Part shown: in pieces, positions 40,509 to 51,052 of the stretch | Layout of the letters: every line of letters begins with the position of its first letter | Position numbering within the stretch: position 1 is the first letter of the stretch | Assembly: GCA_965219575.1 (NCBI GenBank) | Contig: OZ244779.1 | Span: 844,769 to 908,768, forward strand | DNA length: 64,000 nucleotides | Direction of reading: 5' to 3' | From: Candidatus Oxydemutatoraceae bacterium | GTDB lineage: Bacteria; Pseudomonadota; Gammaproteobacteria; Poriferisulfidales; Oxydemutatoraceae | The notes under the pieces: model-generated | Databases searched by the model: none | Told to the model about the DNA's origin: nothing | The model's input: the letters and a program-made list of their open reading frames with translations, nothing else | Program-made: the position numbers and the translations under genes

Positions 40509-41609
40509 ATGTCTCAATCCAAGCGTATTTTGTTGTTAGCCGGCGACGGTATAGGTCCCGAGGTCGTTGCCGAAGCGATCAAGCTGATTAAATGTATGCA
40601 ATCCGAGGGGCATGCGATTGAATATCGGGAGGCGTTAATAGGCGGTGCCGCATACGATGTTCACGATAAACCGTTGCCCGACGAGACACTGGAAGCGGCC
40701 GAGGAATGCGATGCCTTATTGATGGGTGCGGTAGGCGCGCCGCAATACGAAAATCTCGAGCGGGAGTTGCGTCCGGAAAGAGGACTATTAGCCATCCGCA
40801 GGGAGCTGGGCTTGTTTGCCAATTTGCGGCCGGCGTTATTATTCAAACCGTTGGCTACCCGTTCCAGTTTGCGTGCCGAATTGATAGAAGGACTCGATGT
40901 TTTGATAGTCAGAGAGTTGACGGGTGGGATTTATTTCGGTGAACCGCGTGGTTTGCGGATCGATGCCGGAGGCCGTCGCGAGGCTTACAACACGATGATA
41001 TATAGCGAGGATGAAATAGAGCGTATTGCGCGTATTGCCTACGAGGCGGCACAGTTGCGCAACGGTCGCTTGTGTTCGGTTGACAAGGCGAATGTGTTGG
41101 AGGTGTCCGAGTTGTGGCGCGAGGTCGTAGAGCGTTTGGCATCCGATTATCCCGATGTAACACTCAGCCATCTTTATGTGGACAATGCGGCGATGCAGTT
41201 GGTGCGCGCACCCAAGCAGTTCGATGTGATAGTTACTTCTAATTTATTCGGTGACATATTGTCGGATTTAGCGGCGATGTTGACCGGATCTATCGGCATG
41301 TTGCCGTCGGCATCTTTGAATCAATCGGGTAAGGGACTGTACGAGCCGGTGCACGGTTCGGCACCCGATATAGCGGGACAAGGGCGCGCCAATCCACTGG
41401 CCGCAATTCTATCGTTGGCAATGCTATTGCGCTATTCTTTGGATATGCTACAGTCGGCGAAGCGCATCGAGCAAGCGGTTGCGCTCGCCGTAGAGACCCA
41501 TCGCACACCCGATATCGCCGCTGCGGATAAAGCCGTATCGACTACCGAGTTGGGTGATGCCGTAGTGCGATATTACGATGAACTCGGATACAATGATACG
41601 CTCGGCTAA
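40509..41609 (+). CDS. leuB: 3-isopropylmalate dehydrogenase
   Basis: [45 protein letters not shown]. Confidence 0.98.
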   Translation: MSQSKRILLLAGDGIGPEVVAEAIKLIKCMQSEGHAIEYREALIGGAAYDVHDKPLPDETLEAAEECDALLMGAVGAPQYENLERELRPERGLLAIRRELGLFANLRPALLFKPLATRSSLRAELIEGLDVLIVRELTGGIYFGEPRGLRIDAGGRREAYNTMIYSEDEIERIARIAYEAAQLRNGRLCSVDKANVLEVSELWREVVERLASDYPDVTLSHLYVDNAAMQLVRAPKQFDVIVTSNLFGDILSDLAAMLTGSIGMLPSASLNQSGKGLYEPVHGSAPDIAGQGRANPLAAILSLAMLLRYSLDMLQSAKRIEQAVALAVETHRTPDIAAADKAVSTTELGDAVVRYYDELGYNDTLG

Positions 41610-41643
41610 TACATAAAACATGCCGATAATATAGGGATATAAG

Positions 41644-42672
41644 ATGAAAAAGATAAATATAGCGGTGGTAGGTGCGACCGGAGCGGTCGGCGAAATGATG
41701 CTCAAAGTCTTAGAGCAGCGTAGCTTTCCGGTGAACGATTTATATCCTCTTGCGAGCAAACGTTCCGCGGGCGGTGTGGTTCAATTCGGAGGTCAAGCCT
41801 ACGAGGTCGGTCTATTGGACGATTTTGATTTCACGCGTACGACCCTCGCGCTATTTTCGGCAGGTGCTTCGGTTTCGGATATCTATGCGCCGCGTGCGGC
41901 AAAAGCCGGCAATATCGTAATAGACAATACTTCGCGTTTTCGCAACGAAGCGGATATTCCGCTCGTGGTGCCGGAGGTCAACCCGCACGCTGCCGCCGAT
42001 TATCAAAAGCATCGTATTATAGCCAACCCTAATTGTTCTACGATACAAATGGTTATGGTCCTAAAACCGCTACATAATTTGTTTCAAATAAGTCGCGTCA
42101 ATGTTGCAACATATCAGGCTGTATCGGGTGCCGGCAGACGCGCCGTAGAAGAGATGCTGTTGCAAACCCGCATGAAGCTCAATAACGAGGCGGTGCATCC
42201 CGAGATTTACCCCAAGCAGATTGCGTTTAATGCATTGCCGCAGATAGACTGCTTCATGGAGAACGGCTATACCAGAGAGGAAATGAAAATGGTATGGGAA
42301 ACACAAAAGATTTTGGAGGACGAGCGTATTAGAGTCAATCCCACGGCGGTGCGCATACCGGTTGCCAACGGACATTCGGAAGCTATACACATCGAGTTCG
42401 AGCAGGAGATTGACGAAGTCGCTGCCCGCAAAGCACTCGAGGATGCTCCCGGCGTTATCGTGTTGGACGAACGCATGGAGGGTGCTTATCCGACGGCTGC
42501 AACCGAAGCCGATAATCAAGACGCAGTTTGGGTTGGGCGCATACGCAAAGATATTTCTCATCCTTGCGGGCTCAATGTGTGGGTGGTTGCCGACAATTTG
42601 CGCAAGGGTGCTGCGACCAATAGCGTGCAGATAGCGGAATTGATAATTCGCGAATACTTGAGCCATGTCTAA
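41644..42672 (+). CDS. asd: Aspartate-semialdehyde dehydrogenase
   Basis: VVGATGAVG, ANPNCST, YQAVSGAG, DNLRKGAA. Confidence 0.97.
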   Translation: MKKINIAVVGATGAVGEMMLKVLEQRSFPVNDLYPLASKRSAGGVVQFGGQAYEVGLLDDFDFTRTTLALFSAGASVSDIYAPRAAKAGNIVIDNTSRFRNEADIPLVVPEVNPHAAADYQKHRIIANPNCSTIQMVMVLKPLHNLFQISRVNVATYQAVSGAGRRAVEEMLLQTRMKLNNEAVHPEIYPKQIAFNALPQIDCFMENGYTREEMKMVWETQKILEDERIRVNPTAVRIPVANGHSEAIHIEFEQEIDEVAARKALEDAPGVIVLDERMEGAYPTAATEADNQDAVWVGRIRKDISHPCGLNVWVVADNLRKGAATNSVQIAELIIREYLSHV

Positions 42673-44023
42673 ATATCGCTTATTTTTATGGTTTGTGTTC
42701 GGGTGCTCGGCACTCGGTTCGGCGACGGCACTCGAATTGGGTGAAATCACGGTCGGTAGCGAGGAGAAACAGATACTCGATGCCGAGATTGCATTGAGCG
42801 ACATAGGTTCCGATAACTTAAGCGATTGGTATGTCATTTCTGTCGATCGAGACAAGTATCGAGCACAAGGTCTTCAATATATTAATGGCTTGCATGACCG
42901 CCTCGTGATGGAAATCGTGACATCCGCCCCCGCACCTTATATTGCCGTCAGTAGCATCGTATCGATCAACCGGCGTAACTTTGATTTGATTGTTCGTATC
43001 GGCAACGGCAAGAGAAATCTGCAAAAGATTTATCAAGTCGTACTGAAAGAACCGCCGGTCCCGATTGTGGAGGTGATCAGAGAAATGGCACCTGCCGAAA
43101 TGCTAAATTATTTAACGAATAAACTTGCTACCGCACAAAATATATCGGGCGCGGAAGCGTGGGGTCAACTACGGTCTTTGGTCACCGAGACAAATCAAGA
43201 AGGCGAACAGAAGTTGATTGCGAATATTAATTCCGCCGAACTCAGTTTAAGTTTTACTTTAGGTATCATTGCGCTACTCAACGACCGACAAAAGACATTT
43301 TTTAACCGCATCAAGGCAGAGTCCGGCAATGCGCGTGCGGTTGCCGCTGCGTTATTCGGCCAGCGGGATTTTTTGATATTAAAAACGTTGTTTAAGCAGG
43401 CAACCGAACATACTCTGGAGGAAGGAACGACTAAAAGCAGTCAACTGGATTTTGAGAGAGAACGTGCGGCGATACTCGAAAATAAACTCTACGAACTGAG
43501 CTATGCGCAGACACAGGAGGATTTGACAGTACGGCAGCGCGCCGAAGAATCACAGTCGAAACCCGAACAGGTCGTAATAATAGACTGGTTGGATTATAGG
43601 AGTTGGTTGACTTATCTGGAGTGGGGCAAGAAACCGCTATTGTCCAATGCTAAAGTCTGGGTTGCGGTTTCGGCACTTATGGGCGTTTTGTTATTGCTAT
43701 CGAGCATACGATTATTTCTAGGGCAGAAAAAACAAGCGGTAGGACGACCTGTCAAAGCGAGCCGCATTAAAATATCTTTGCCGGGACAAAACGACTTGGC
43801 CAAATTACGCACTCCGCGAGTGTATACCGGTCCTGTGGATAAAAAGGACAAAGATCAAAAAAGCGACGGCGATGTAATCGTCGGCATGCTCAACCGCGCC
43901 GAGGCTTATGTAGAAATGGGGGAATACAAGGAGGCGCGCCGCTTGCTCGAAGAGATAGAGCAACAAAACCCCAATTCGCAACATCTAGCGCGTGTGCGCA
44001 CTTTGCGAGATACGATGGGTTGA
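42665..44023 (+). CDS. fimV: FimV/HubP-like polar landmark protein (divergent)
   Basis: ALELGEITVGS..LDAEI N-terminus, internal TM segment, C-terminal AEAYVEMGEYKEARRLLEEI; conserved asd-fimV-truA order. Confidence 0.7.
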   Translation: MSKYRLFLWFVFGCSALGSATALELGEITVGSEEKQILDAEIALSDIGSDNLSDWYVISVDRDKYRAQGLQYINGLHDRLVMEIVTSAPAPYIAVSSIVSINRRNFDLIVRIGNGKRNLQKIYQVVLKEPPVPIVEVIREMAPAEMLNYLTNKLATAQNISGAEAWGQLRSLVTETNQEGEQKLIANINSAELSLSFTLGIIALLNDRQKTFFNRIKAESGNARAVAAALFGQRDFLILKTLFKQATEHTLEEGTTKSSQLDFERERAAILENKLYELSYAQTQEDLTVRQRAEESQSKPEQVVIIDWLDYRSWLTYLEWGKKPLLSNAKVWVAVSALMGVLLLLSSIRLFLGQKKQAVGRPVKASRIKISLPGQNDLAKLRTPRVYTGPVDKKDKDQKSDGDVIVGMLNRAEAYVEMGEYKEARRLLEEIEQQNPNSQHLARVRTLRDTMG

Positions 44024-44799
44024 TGAAGTTTGCTGCCGGTATCGAATATAAAGGTACTGCTTTTGACGGTTGGCAAAGCCAATCGCATGCACCCAATGTA
44101 CAAGATTGTCTAGAGCGAGCATTGACAAAAGTAGCGGACAGCCCGGTACGAACCGTTTGTGCGGGACGTACCGATAGCGGTGTTCATGCTACCGGTCAGG
44201 TCGTTCATTTCGAGACCGCCGCAATGCGTCCGGAAAACGCATGGTTGCGCGGCTGCAATGCGAACATGAGTAAAGATATTCGTATGCGGTGGATACAACC
44301 GGTCAATATCGACTTTGACGCGCGCAAAAGTGCGGTCAAACGTCACTACCGATATATTATTTTGAATACATCGCAATCTTCGGCTTTGTTGAACGATCTG
44401 ACCGCGCATATGTATAAACCGTTGGATGCGAAGGCGATGCATCGGGCGGCACAAACTTTAATCGGCGAGCATGATTTTAGTAGCTTTCGCAGTGCCGGAT
44501 GCCGATCTCAAACACCGATTAGACGCGTTTATACGATCGACGTGTGCAGAAACCGCCGCTTGATTTATATAGACATTTGCGCAAACGCATTTGTGCAATA
44601 TATGGTGCGTAATATCGTAGGCGTTTTGATCGAGGTCGGCGACGGCACTCGCCGCAAACAATGGGTTGCCGAGGTATTGACGAAACGCGATCGTACACAA
44701 GGCGGGGTCACCGCACCGAGTACCGGTTTATATCTAGTTAGGGTAGAATACGATACCTGTTATAGCTTGCCCGATGAGGCGGTGTATCCGAACTTTTAG
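44020..44799 (+). CDS. truA: tRNA pseudouridine(38-40) synthase
   Basis: GWQSQ, AGRTDSGVHA, GEHDFSSFR, MVRNIVG. Confidence 0.97.
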   Translation: MMKFAAGIEYKGTAFDGWQSQSHAPNVQDCLERALTKVADSPVRTVCAGRTDSGVHATGQVVHFETAAMRPENAWLRGCNANMSKDIRMRWIQPVNIDFDARKSAVKRHYRYIILNTSQSSALLNDLTAHMYKPLDAKAMHRAAQTLIGEHDFSSFRSAGCRSQTPIRRVYTIDVCRNRRLIYIDICANAFVQYMVRNIVGVLIEVGDGTRRKQWVAEVLTKRDRTQGGVTAPSTGLYLVRVEYDTCYSLPDEAVYPNF

Positions 44800-44824
44800 T
44801 GAATAATTATCAAAACATAGTTTA

Positions 44825-46063
44825 ATGTCCGTCATAGTCCAGAAATTCGGCGGCACGTCGGTTGCCTCCGTTGAATTGATAGAGCATGTCGCAACGATAG
44901 TCCATCGTGCTCGACGACGGGGGCATCAAATCATCGTCGTCGTGTCGGCGATGAGTGGTGAGACCGACCGCTTGATAGGATTGGCTCAAAAAATAGACGC
45001 ACATTATAGCGGTAGAGAACTCGATGCGTTATTGGCAACCGGCGAGCAAAGCAGTGCCGCATTATTGGCAATCGCTTTGAACAAGCGGGGGGTCGGGGCG
45101 ATCTCAATGACCGGTTGGCAGGTCGGCATGATGACCGACCAAAGCCACAGCAAGGCGCGTATTCGGTCTATAGACGAGGATAAAATCAAGCGTCGCTTGA
45201 AACAAGGAAAAGTCGTAGTCATCGCCGGATTTCAAGGTGTAGACGAACACGGCAACATCACCACGCTGGGGCGAGGTGGTTCGGATACCACTGCGGTTGC
45301 GGTTGCGGCAAAACTCAAGTGTGAAGAGTGTAGGATCTATACCGATGTGGACGGTATTTATACCACCGACCCGCGTGTAGAACCTAAAGCTCGCCGCCTC
45401 AATTCGATCACCTTCGAGGAGATGTTGGAGATGGCAAGTCTGGGTTCGAAGGTGCTACAAATCCGCTCGGTGGAATTAGCGGGCAAGTATAATGTACCGC
45501 TCAGGGTGTTGTCTACTTTCAAAGAAGGTCGGGGTACACTGATTAGCTATGAGGAAAATTCAATGGAAGAAATAAGAATCTCGGGTGTTGCTTGCAATCA
45601 AGACGAAGCACAGCTCACCGTGCGTGGCGTGCCCGACAAACCGGGCGTTGCTGCGAGTATACTGGAGCCTATTGCGGAAGCAAACATAGAAATAGATATG
45701 ATCGTTCAAAATGTAGGCTCGCGTGACGGTATTGCCGATTTCACATTCACCGTGCACCGCAGAGATTATCAAAAGGCAATGAAAATTCTCGAAACAACGG
45801 TTGAAAAATTAGGTTCGGGACGAGTTATAGGTACCGACAAAATCGTCAAAGTCTCTTTAGTCGGAGTCGGCATGCGCTCGCACGCCGGCATTGCTTCTAA
45901 AATGTTTAGCGCACTTGCCGAAGCCGGCGTAGATATACGCATGATATCCACCTCGGAGATAAAAATTTCTATTGTGATAAAAGAGAATATGATGCAAAAA
46001 GCGGTGCAAACCTTGCATTGCGCTTTTGGGCTTGCTAAAGTTAAGCACCCGGAGGCACGGTGA
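44825..46063 (+). CDS. lysC: Aspartate kinase
   Basis: VQKFGGTSV, TTLGRGGSDTTA, YTDVDG, ACT domains (ISTSEIKIS). Confidence 0.96.
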   Translation: MSVIVQKFGGTSVASVELIEHVATIVHRARRRGHQIIVVVSAMSGETDRLIGLAQKIDAHYSGRELDALLATGEQSSAALLAIALNKRGVGAISMTGWQVGMMTDQSHSKARIRSIDEDKIKRRLKQGKVVVIAGFQGVDEHGNITTLGRGGSDTTAVAVAAKLKCEECRIYTDVDGIYTTDPRVEPKARRLNSITFEEMLEMASLGSKVLQIRSVELAGKYNVPLRVLSTFKEGRGTLISYEENSMEEIRISGVACNQDEAQLTVRGVPDKPGVAASILEPIAEANIEIDMIVQNVGSRDGIADFTFTVHRRDYQKAMKILETTVEKLGSGRVIGTDKIVKVSLVGVGMRSHAGIASKMFSALAEAGVDIRMISTSEIKISIVIKENMMQKAVQTLHCAFGLAKVKHPEAR

Positions 46064-46182
46064 CTTCCCTCAAGGAGAGACACGCCAGCCTCCTTTATAG
46101 AGGCCTGGCAAGCGTAAAAGAAATAACCTAATATCAATGTGTTAGTAGTGTTATATAATATGCCGAAAGGAGGAATAATATT

Positions 46183-46401
46183 ATGTTAATTTTGACGAGA
46201 AGGATAGGAGAAACATTTAAAGTAGGAGATGACGTTAGCGTTACCGTTTTGGGAGTGCGAGGAAGTCAAATAAGAATTGGTATTTCCGCGCCTAGAGGTA
46301 TAGATGTTTATCGTGAAGAGATTTACGATAAAAGGAAAAATGCCGATAAAAAATCTGCCGAAAACGAAAAAGAGGAATCCGATGCCGTTGCCCCCCACTA
46401 A
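46183..46401 (+). CDS. csrA: Carbon storage regulator
   Basis: [10 protein letters not shown]...GISAP..VYREEIY; AAGGAGG RBS. Confidence 0.97.
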   Translation: MLILTRRIGETFKVGDDVSVTVLGVRGSQIRIGISAPRGIDVYREEIYDKRKNADKKSAENEKEESDAVAPH

Positions 46402-46423
46402 AAGAAGTTTGCTTCCCGATTGC

Positions 46424-46516
46424 GGAGAGATGGCCGAGCGGCTGAAGGCGCTCCCCTGCTAAGGGAGTATGGGGTTTGTAGCTCCATCGAGGGTTCGAAT
46501 CCCTCTCTCTCCGCCA
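46424..46516 (+). tRNA. tRNA-Ser (GCT)
   Basis: GGAGAGA/TCTCTCC acceptor stem, anticodon arm CTCCC-CTGCTAA-GGGAG, long variable arm, GGTTCGAATCC, 3' CCA; typical position after csrA. Confidence 0.97.
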
Positions 46517-46601
46517 TAGCCGTTTTATCGCTAAGCTCGGATTTCCGGAGCTTATCTATGATACGGCAAAGCGTATAAAACCGTTCAACGCTTTTTGTTC
46601 G

Positions 46602-47069
46602 TTGTATAGGTATTCGAGTGACACGAGTTCAAATGAAATGAAAAAACTTTATCTTTATCTCACATATGCCGGCGCGTTGCCGTTTATTATTTGTGCCGTT
46701 TGTCTGGCATTCGAGATAAGATTTATACCGCTACTAGGTGCAACAGAACAAGTCCTAAGTGTATATGCGCTGATCATTGCAACCTTTATAGCCGGCAACC
46801 ACTGGGGACAGCATCTCGATATGAAAAATAAATGGCAATACTATCTGCCGATACTGAGCAATGTCGTCGTTGTTGCGCTTTGGTTTGGTTTTTTGGTATT
46901 GCCCTTTAGTGCGTTACTCGCAATTTTCGTATTGGTGTTCCTAGCCTTGTTGGTCATCGATCAAAGACTTTTCCGACACAATCTCATTACTCGCCGATAT
47001 TTTCAAATGCGTTGCTTTGCAACCGCTATTGTCATTTCGGCACTCGTTATTTCAGGAATTGCTGCATAA
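46602..47069 (+). CDS. DUF3429-like membrane protein
   Basis: LTYAGALPF, F.AG.HWG, hydrophobic helices; true start probably MKKLY. Confidence 0.7.
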   Translation: MYRYSSDTSSNEMKKLYLYLTYAGALPFIICAVCLAFEIRFIPLLGATEQVLSVYALIIATFIAGNHWGQHLDMKNKWQYYLPILSNVVVVALWFGFLVLPFSALLAIFVLVFLALLVIDQRLFRHNLITRRYFQMRCFATAIVISALVISGIAA

Positions 47070-47125
47070 TAAGTATTGTTTCCGAGACCGCTGCGAATAA
47101 CCTATAGCTTGCAAAAGAATACTCT

Positions 47126-48649
47126 ATGACAACACTTCGTCTGATATTGGGCGATCAACTCTCGCACTCGATTACAAGCCTTCGAGGCTACGACCCGACC
47201 GAGGATATCGTTCTGATGTGTGAAGTATCGGACGAGGCAAGCTATGTCAAGCATCACAAAAAGAAAATTGCTTTTCTTTTTTCCGCCATGCGTCATTTTG
47301 CAAAGTCGTTGGAAGCGAGCGGATACACGATTGAATATACAAAACTCGACGATCCGAATAACGGGGGGTCGTTCGCAGACGAAGTGAGGCGCGCGCTAAA
47401 GCGACATGATATCGATCGTATCGTGGTAACGCATCCGGGTGAATACCGTGTTCTATCCGACATCGAGCAATGGGAGGACCGCTTTGCCGTTCCCGTTGAA
47501 ATCAGGCCCGATCACCGATTTCTTTGCACTCCGGAAGATTTTTCCGAATGGGCAGCGGGCCGTAATCAACTACGGATGGAGTACTTCTATCGGGAGATGA
47601 GAAAAAAATATCTTATTTTGATGGATGGCGACGAACCCATCGGCGGGAAGTGGAATTATGACGCAGAAAACAGAAAACCTCCCAAACAAGGACTCGATAT
47701 TCCTAAGCCCTATACCGAGGATATAGACGATATGACGCGTGATGTCATGACACTGGTTGCAGAACGATTTGCCGCCCATTTTGGCGACCTCGAACCTTTT
47801 TATTATGCCGCTACGCGCGATCAAGCCCTACAAGCACTTGACTTGTTTATCGAACAAAGACTCGGTCATTTCGGCGATTATCAAGATGCGATGCTCGAAG
47901 GTGAACCGTGGATGTATCATTCGCATATCAGTTTCTATCTGAATTGTGGTTTGTTGTTGCCTCTCGAGTGTGTCGAAGCCGCAGAGGATGCCTATCGTCG
48001 AGGGAAAGCACCGCTCAATGCAGTAGAAGGATTTATACGCCAGATAGTCGGCTGGCGCGAATATGTGCGCGGTGTCTATTGGCTTAAAATGCCCGATTAT
48101 GCGCGACAAAACTTTTTTGAGGCCGAGCGTAACCTTCCCGATTTTTACTGGACAGCCGACACTAAAATGAATTGTTTGGCTCGGTGTGTCTCGGAAACCA
48201 AGCAGAACGCTTATGCCCACCATATTCAGCGTTTAATGGTGTTGGGCAATTTTGCGCTACTTGCGGGAGTCGATCCCGAACAAGTCAATGAATGGTTTTT
48301 GATTGTCTACGCCGATGCCTATGAATGGGTCGAGCTACCCAATGTTTCGGGCATGATATTATTCGCCGACGGCGGTTACCTGGCCAGTAAGCCTTATGCT
48401 GCCGGCGGTTCTTACATAAACAAAATGTCCGACTACTGTAAAAATTGCCACTACAAGGTCACAAAGAAAAACGGACCCGATGCGTGTCCGTTTAATTATC
48501 TCTATTGGGACTTCTTGGCTCGCAATCGCGACAAACTTCAATTCAATCATCGCATAGCCATGATGTACAAAACCTACGACCGAATGAACGAAGAGAAGAA
48601 AAAAGCCATCACACACGAGAGTGAACAATTTCTGAATAGCCTTAAATGA
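47126..48649 (+). CDS. FeS-cluster bacterial cryptochrome / (6-4) photolyase (PhrB/CryB-like)
   Basis: LILGDQL, HHKKKI, GGKWNYDAENRK, YAHHIQRLM, SDYCKNC, ACPFN. Confidence 0.93.
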   Translation: MTTLRLILGDQLSHSITSLRGYDPTEDIVLMCEVSDEASYVKHHKKKIAFLFSAMRHFAKSLEASGYTIEYTKLDDPNNGGSFADEVRRALKRHDIDRIVVTHPGEYRVLSDIEQWEDRFAVPVEIRPDHRFLCTPEDFSEWAAGRNQLRMEYFYREMRKKYLILMDGDEPIGGKWNYDAENRKPPKQGLDIPKPYTEDIDDMTRDVMTLVAERFAAHFGDLEPFYYAATRDQALQALDLFIEQRLGHFGDYQDAMLEGEPWMYHSHISFYLNCGLLLPLECVEAAEDAYRRGKAPLNAVEGFIRQIVGWREYVRGVYWLKMPDYARQNFFEAERNLPDFYWTADTKMNCLARCVSETKQNAYAHHIQRLMVLGNFALLAGVDPEQVNEWFLIVYADAYEWVELPNVSGMILFADGGYLASKPYAAGGSYINKMSDYCKNCHYKVTKKNGPDACPFNYLYWDFLARNRDKLQFNHRIAMMYKTYDRMNEEKKKAITHESEQFLNSLK

Positions 48650-48919
48650 GGAAAAAGTTCGATCTACCGACAAAAACATGCCCGGTATGTCATCGACCTT
48701 TTAGATGGCGTAAGAAATGGGAGAGGGTATGGCACGAAGTGAAATATTGTTCAAAATCATGCGCTTCCCGAGCAAAAACATCGGGCTACTTCGGTCCCGC
48801 AAAACGTCACGCCGATTGATCTATTGAGCGGCGCGTGAGTTCGCCCTACAGGTGGTTTACAAAAATTAGAGTTGAAATTCTAACTTGGGTTGATAATATG
48901 CTAGCTTTCCCTCAACGGT

Positions 48920-50224
48920 TCAAGCGGCGATTTTATGCCGTAGCACTTTACCGATTGCACGAGTGAGTTGTGACAATTCGTCTGCTCCGATGATATAAGG
49001 TGGCATGATATAGACTAAATTTCGGAACGGTCGAATCCATACATTTTGTGCCACGAACATACTACATAGCCTAGCCACATCAACAGGTTTATGCAATTCA
49101 ACGATACCGATCGCACCTATGACGCGCACCTCGCGTACCGAATCGTATTGATTACAAACCCCGAGTTCGTTTATAAGTTGTAGTTCTATTGCCGAGGTTT
49201 GTTGTTGCCATCTATTCTGTTTCAGCAACTCTATATTAGCCGACGCAACCGCACATGCAAGTGGGTTTGCCGTATAGGTCGGCCCGTGCATGAAAGCACC
49301 GGCTTCTCCCGAGTCTATAGTATGGCTGATTGTTTCGGTCGTTATCGTCGCTGCAATAGTAAGATAACCTGCACCTAGGGCTTTGCCGATACAAATAATG
49401 TCCGGCACCACATCGGCGTGTTGCAAAGCGAACATAGTACCTGTTCTGCCGAACCCCGTTGCAATTTCATCAAAAATCAACAGCACATCGTATTGACTGC
49501 AAAGCTCTCGGGCATGGCGCAAATAACTCGGATGGTATATGTGCATGCCGCCGGCACCTTGCACTACGGGCTCCAGTATCATTGCGGCGATACTATCTGC
49601 ATGCTTCTCTAGAGTTCGTTCGAGTTCATCGACGGCATCTCGATCTTCGTGTTCTTTATAGCGCGGTGCAGACACAAAAATTTGTCTGGGAAGGATATCC
49701 GAAAACAATCGGTGCATTCCGTTTTCCGGATCACAAACCGACATCGCTGCGAAAGTATCGCCATGATAACCCCCGCGAATCGTTAACAATCGGGTTTTAT
49801 TTTTCGCGCCTCTGGCTTGCTGATATTGCAAAGCCATTTTAATCGCAGCTTCTACCGAGACCGAACCCGAGTCACAAAGAAAAATGCAGTCCAGAGGTGA
49901 GGGCAGTAGTTCACACAGAGCCTGTCCCAGCCCGACCGCCGCCGGATGCGTTAGACCTCCGAACATCACATGTGCCATCCTGTCAAGCTGTGTTTGTAAT
50001 GCCGTATTCAATCGGGGATGATTGTAGCCGTGGATTGCAGCCCACCATGACGACATGCCGTCTATGATTTGCCGTCCGTCGGCGAGCCTCAAATGAACAC
50101 CATGTGCTTCTACCACCGGCCAAACTTCTGCTTCGCTGTACAAGGCACTATACGGATGGCGTAGATGGCGGCGGTCAAACGCCGGCATTGTGTCATCCCA
50201 CAAAGCCGAGTTTGACCGGTTCAT
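48920..50224 (-). CDS. bioA: Adenosylmethionine-8-amino-7-oxononanoate transaminase
   Basis: DGMSSWWAAIHGY, SGSVSVE, GYHGDT, DEIATGFGRTG, HGPTY. Confidence 0.96.
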   Translation of the reverse strand: MNRSNSALWDDTMPAFDRRHLRHPYSALYSEAEVWPVVEAHGVHLRLADGRQIIDGMSSWWAAIHGYNHPRLNTALQTQLDRMAHVMFGGLTHPAAVGLGQALCELLPSPLDCIFLCDSGSVSVEAAIKMALQYQQARGAKNKTRLLTIRGGYHGDTFAAMSVCDPENGMHRLFSDILPRQIFVSAPRYKEHEDRDAVDELERTLEKHADSIAAMILEPVVQGAGGMHIYHPSYLRHARELCSQYDVLLIFDEIATGFGRTGTMFALQHADVVPDIICIGKALGAGYLTIAATITTETISHTIDSGEAGAFMHGPTYTANPLACAVASANIELLKQNRWQQQTSAIELQLINELGVCNQYDSVREVRVIGAIGIVELHKPVDVARLCSMFVAQNVWIRPFRNLVYIMPPYIIGADELSQLTRAIGKVLRHKIAA

Positions 50225-50607
50225 ACGTTTGAGATAGGTGGATGATAAATTATTTGTACGCGATTGTCTTCGGGATCAAAGCAATAAAAACTGCGCGCAT
50301 TGTCGCGATGGCTTTTCGGTGGCTTATCTATTTTCACATTATGCTTTGATAAAAACTCGTGCCAGAGGTCTACATCTTCGGCTTGTTTCAATACGATACC
50401 GATATGATCTAAAGCCCCCATGCCTTCAATATCGTCGACTCGATGTAATGCTAAATTATCCGGTCCCAAGCTCAGATATAAATTGTCCGAATCGGGTTGC
50501 CATTCAACTGTGTAGCCGAGTAGGTCTACATAAAAGTGCTTGCAAATTTCTATATCCTTCACGTTGAGTGCAACATGACATAAACCTATAGGCTTCGGTG
50601 GTTTCAT
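50221..50607 (-). CDS. VOC / glyoxalase family protein
   Basis: HVALNV, FYVDLLG, LDHIG, FYCFDPEDN. Confidence 0.88.
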   Translation of the reverse strand: MKPPKPIGLCHVALNVKDIEICKHFYVDLLGYTVEWQPDSDNLYLSLGPDNLALHRVDDIEGMGALDHIGIVLKQAEDVDLWHEFLSKHNVKIDKPPKSHRDNARSFYCFDPEDNRVQIIYHPPISNV

Positions 50608-51044
50608 TCTTCTATAATTTCGTAACTGTAATTAATCTCGGCGGTGCGTTCCAACATTTTGGAAACCGACGAGTGTTTTTCGGCAGAGTCCTCAACCGCC
50701 TGTGCAACAACACTCTCATCGAGTTGGCGACCGCGCACTGTGAAATGTCCGTCTATACGCGTGAAAACGGCAGGCTCGCTATTCGCTCGTTCGGCATTCA
50801 ATGCTATTTCCACACCGTGTATTTTTTGTCCGGCATCTTTTAATAACTTGACAATATCAAAACTACTACATCCGCCTAAACCTGCCAGTACCATCTCCAT
50901 GGGTCTTGCAGCTAAATCACGCCCGCCCGCTTCGGGTGCACCGTCCATCACCACGCTATGCCCGGAACCGGTTTCCGCCACGAAAAACATGGGGTTCATC
51001 CATCTGACGCATACTTTCATCATATTTTCTAAAGGGTAATCCAA
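50604..51044 (-). CDS. OsmC family protein (YhfA-like)
   Basis: SGHSVVMDG, RPMEMVLAGLGGCS; start probably ATG near 51023. Confidence 0.88.
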   Translation of the reverse strand: MDYPLENMMKVCVRWMNPMFFVAETGSGHSVVMDGAPEAGGRDLAARPMEMVLAGLGGCSSFDIVKLLKDAGQKIHGVEIALNAERANSEPAVFTRIDGHFTVRGRQLDESVVAQAVEDSAEKHSSVSKMLERTAEINYSYEIIEE

Positions 51045-51052
51045 AATAGATT

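Noticed and set aside
46424-48900. Prophage or integrative island at tRNA-Ser
   Set aside because: No integrase and no duplicated tRNA 3' end found
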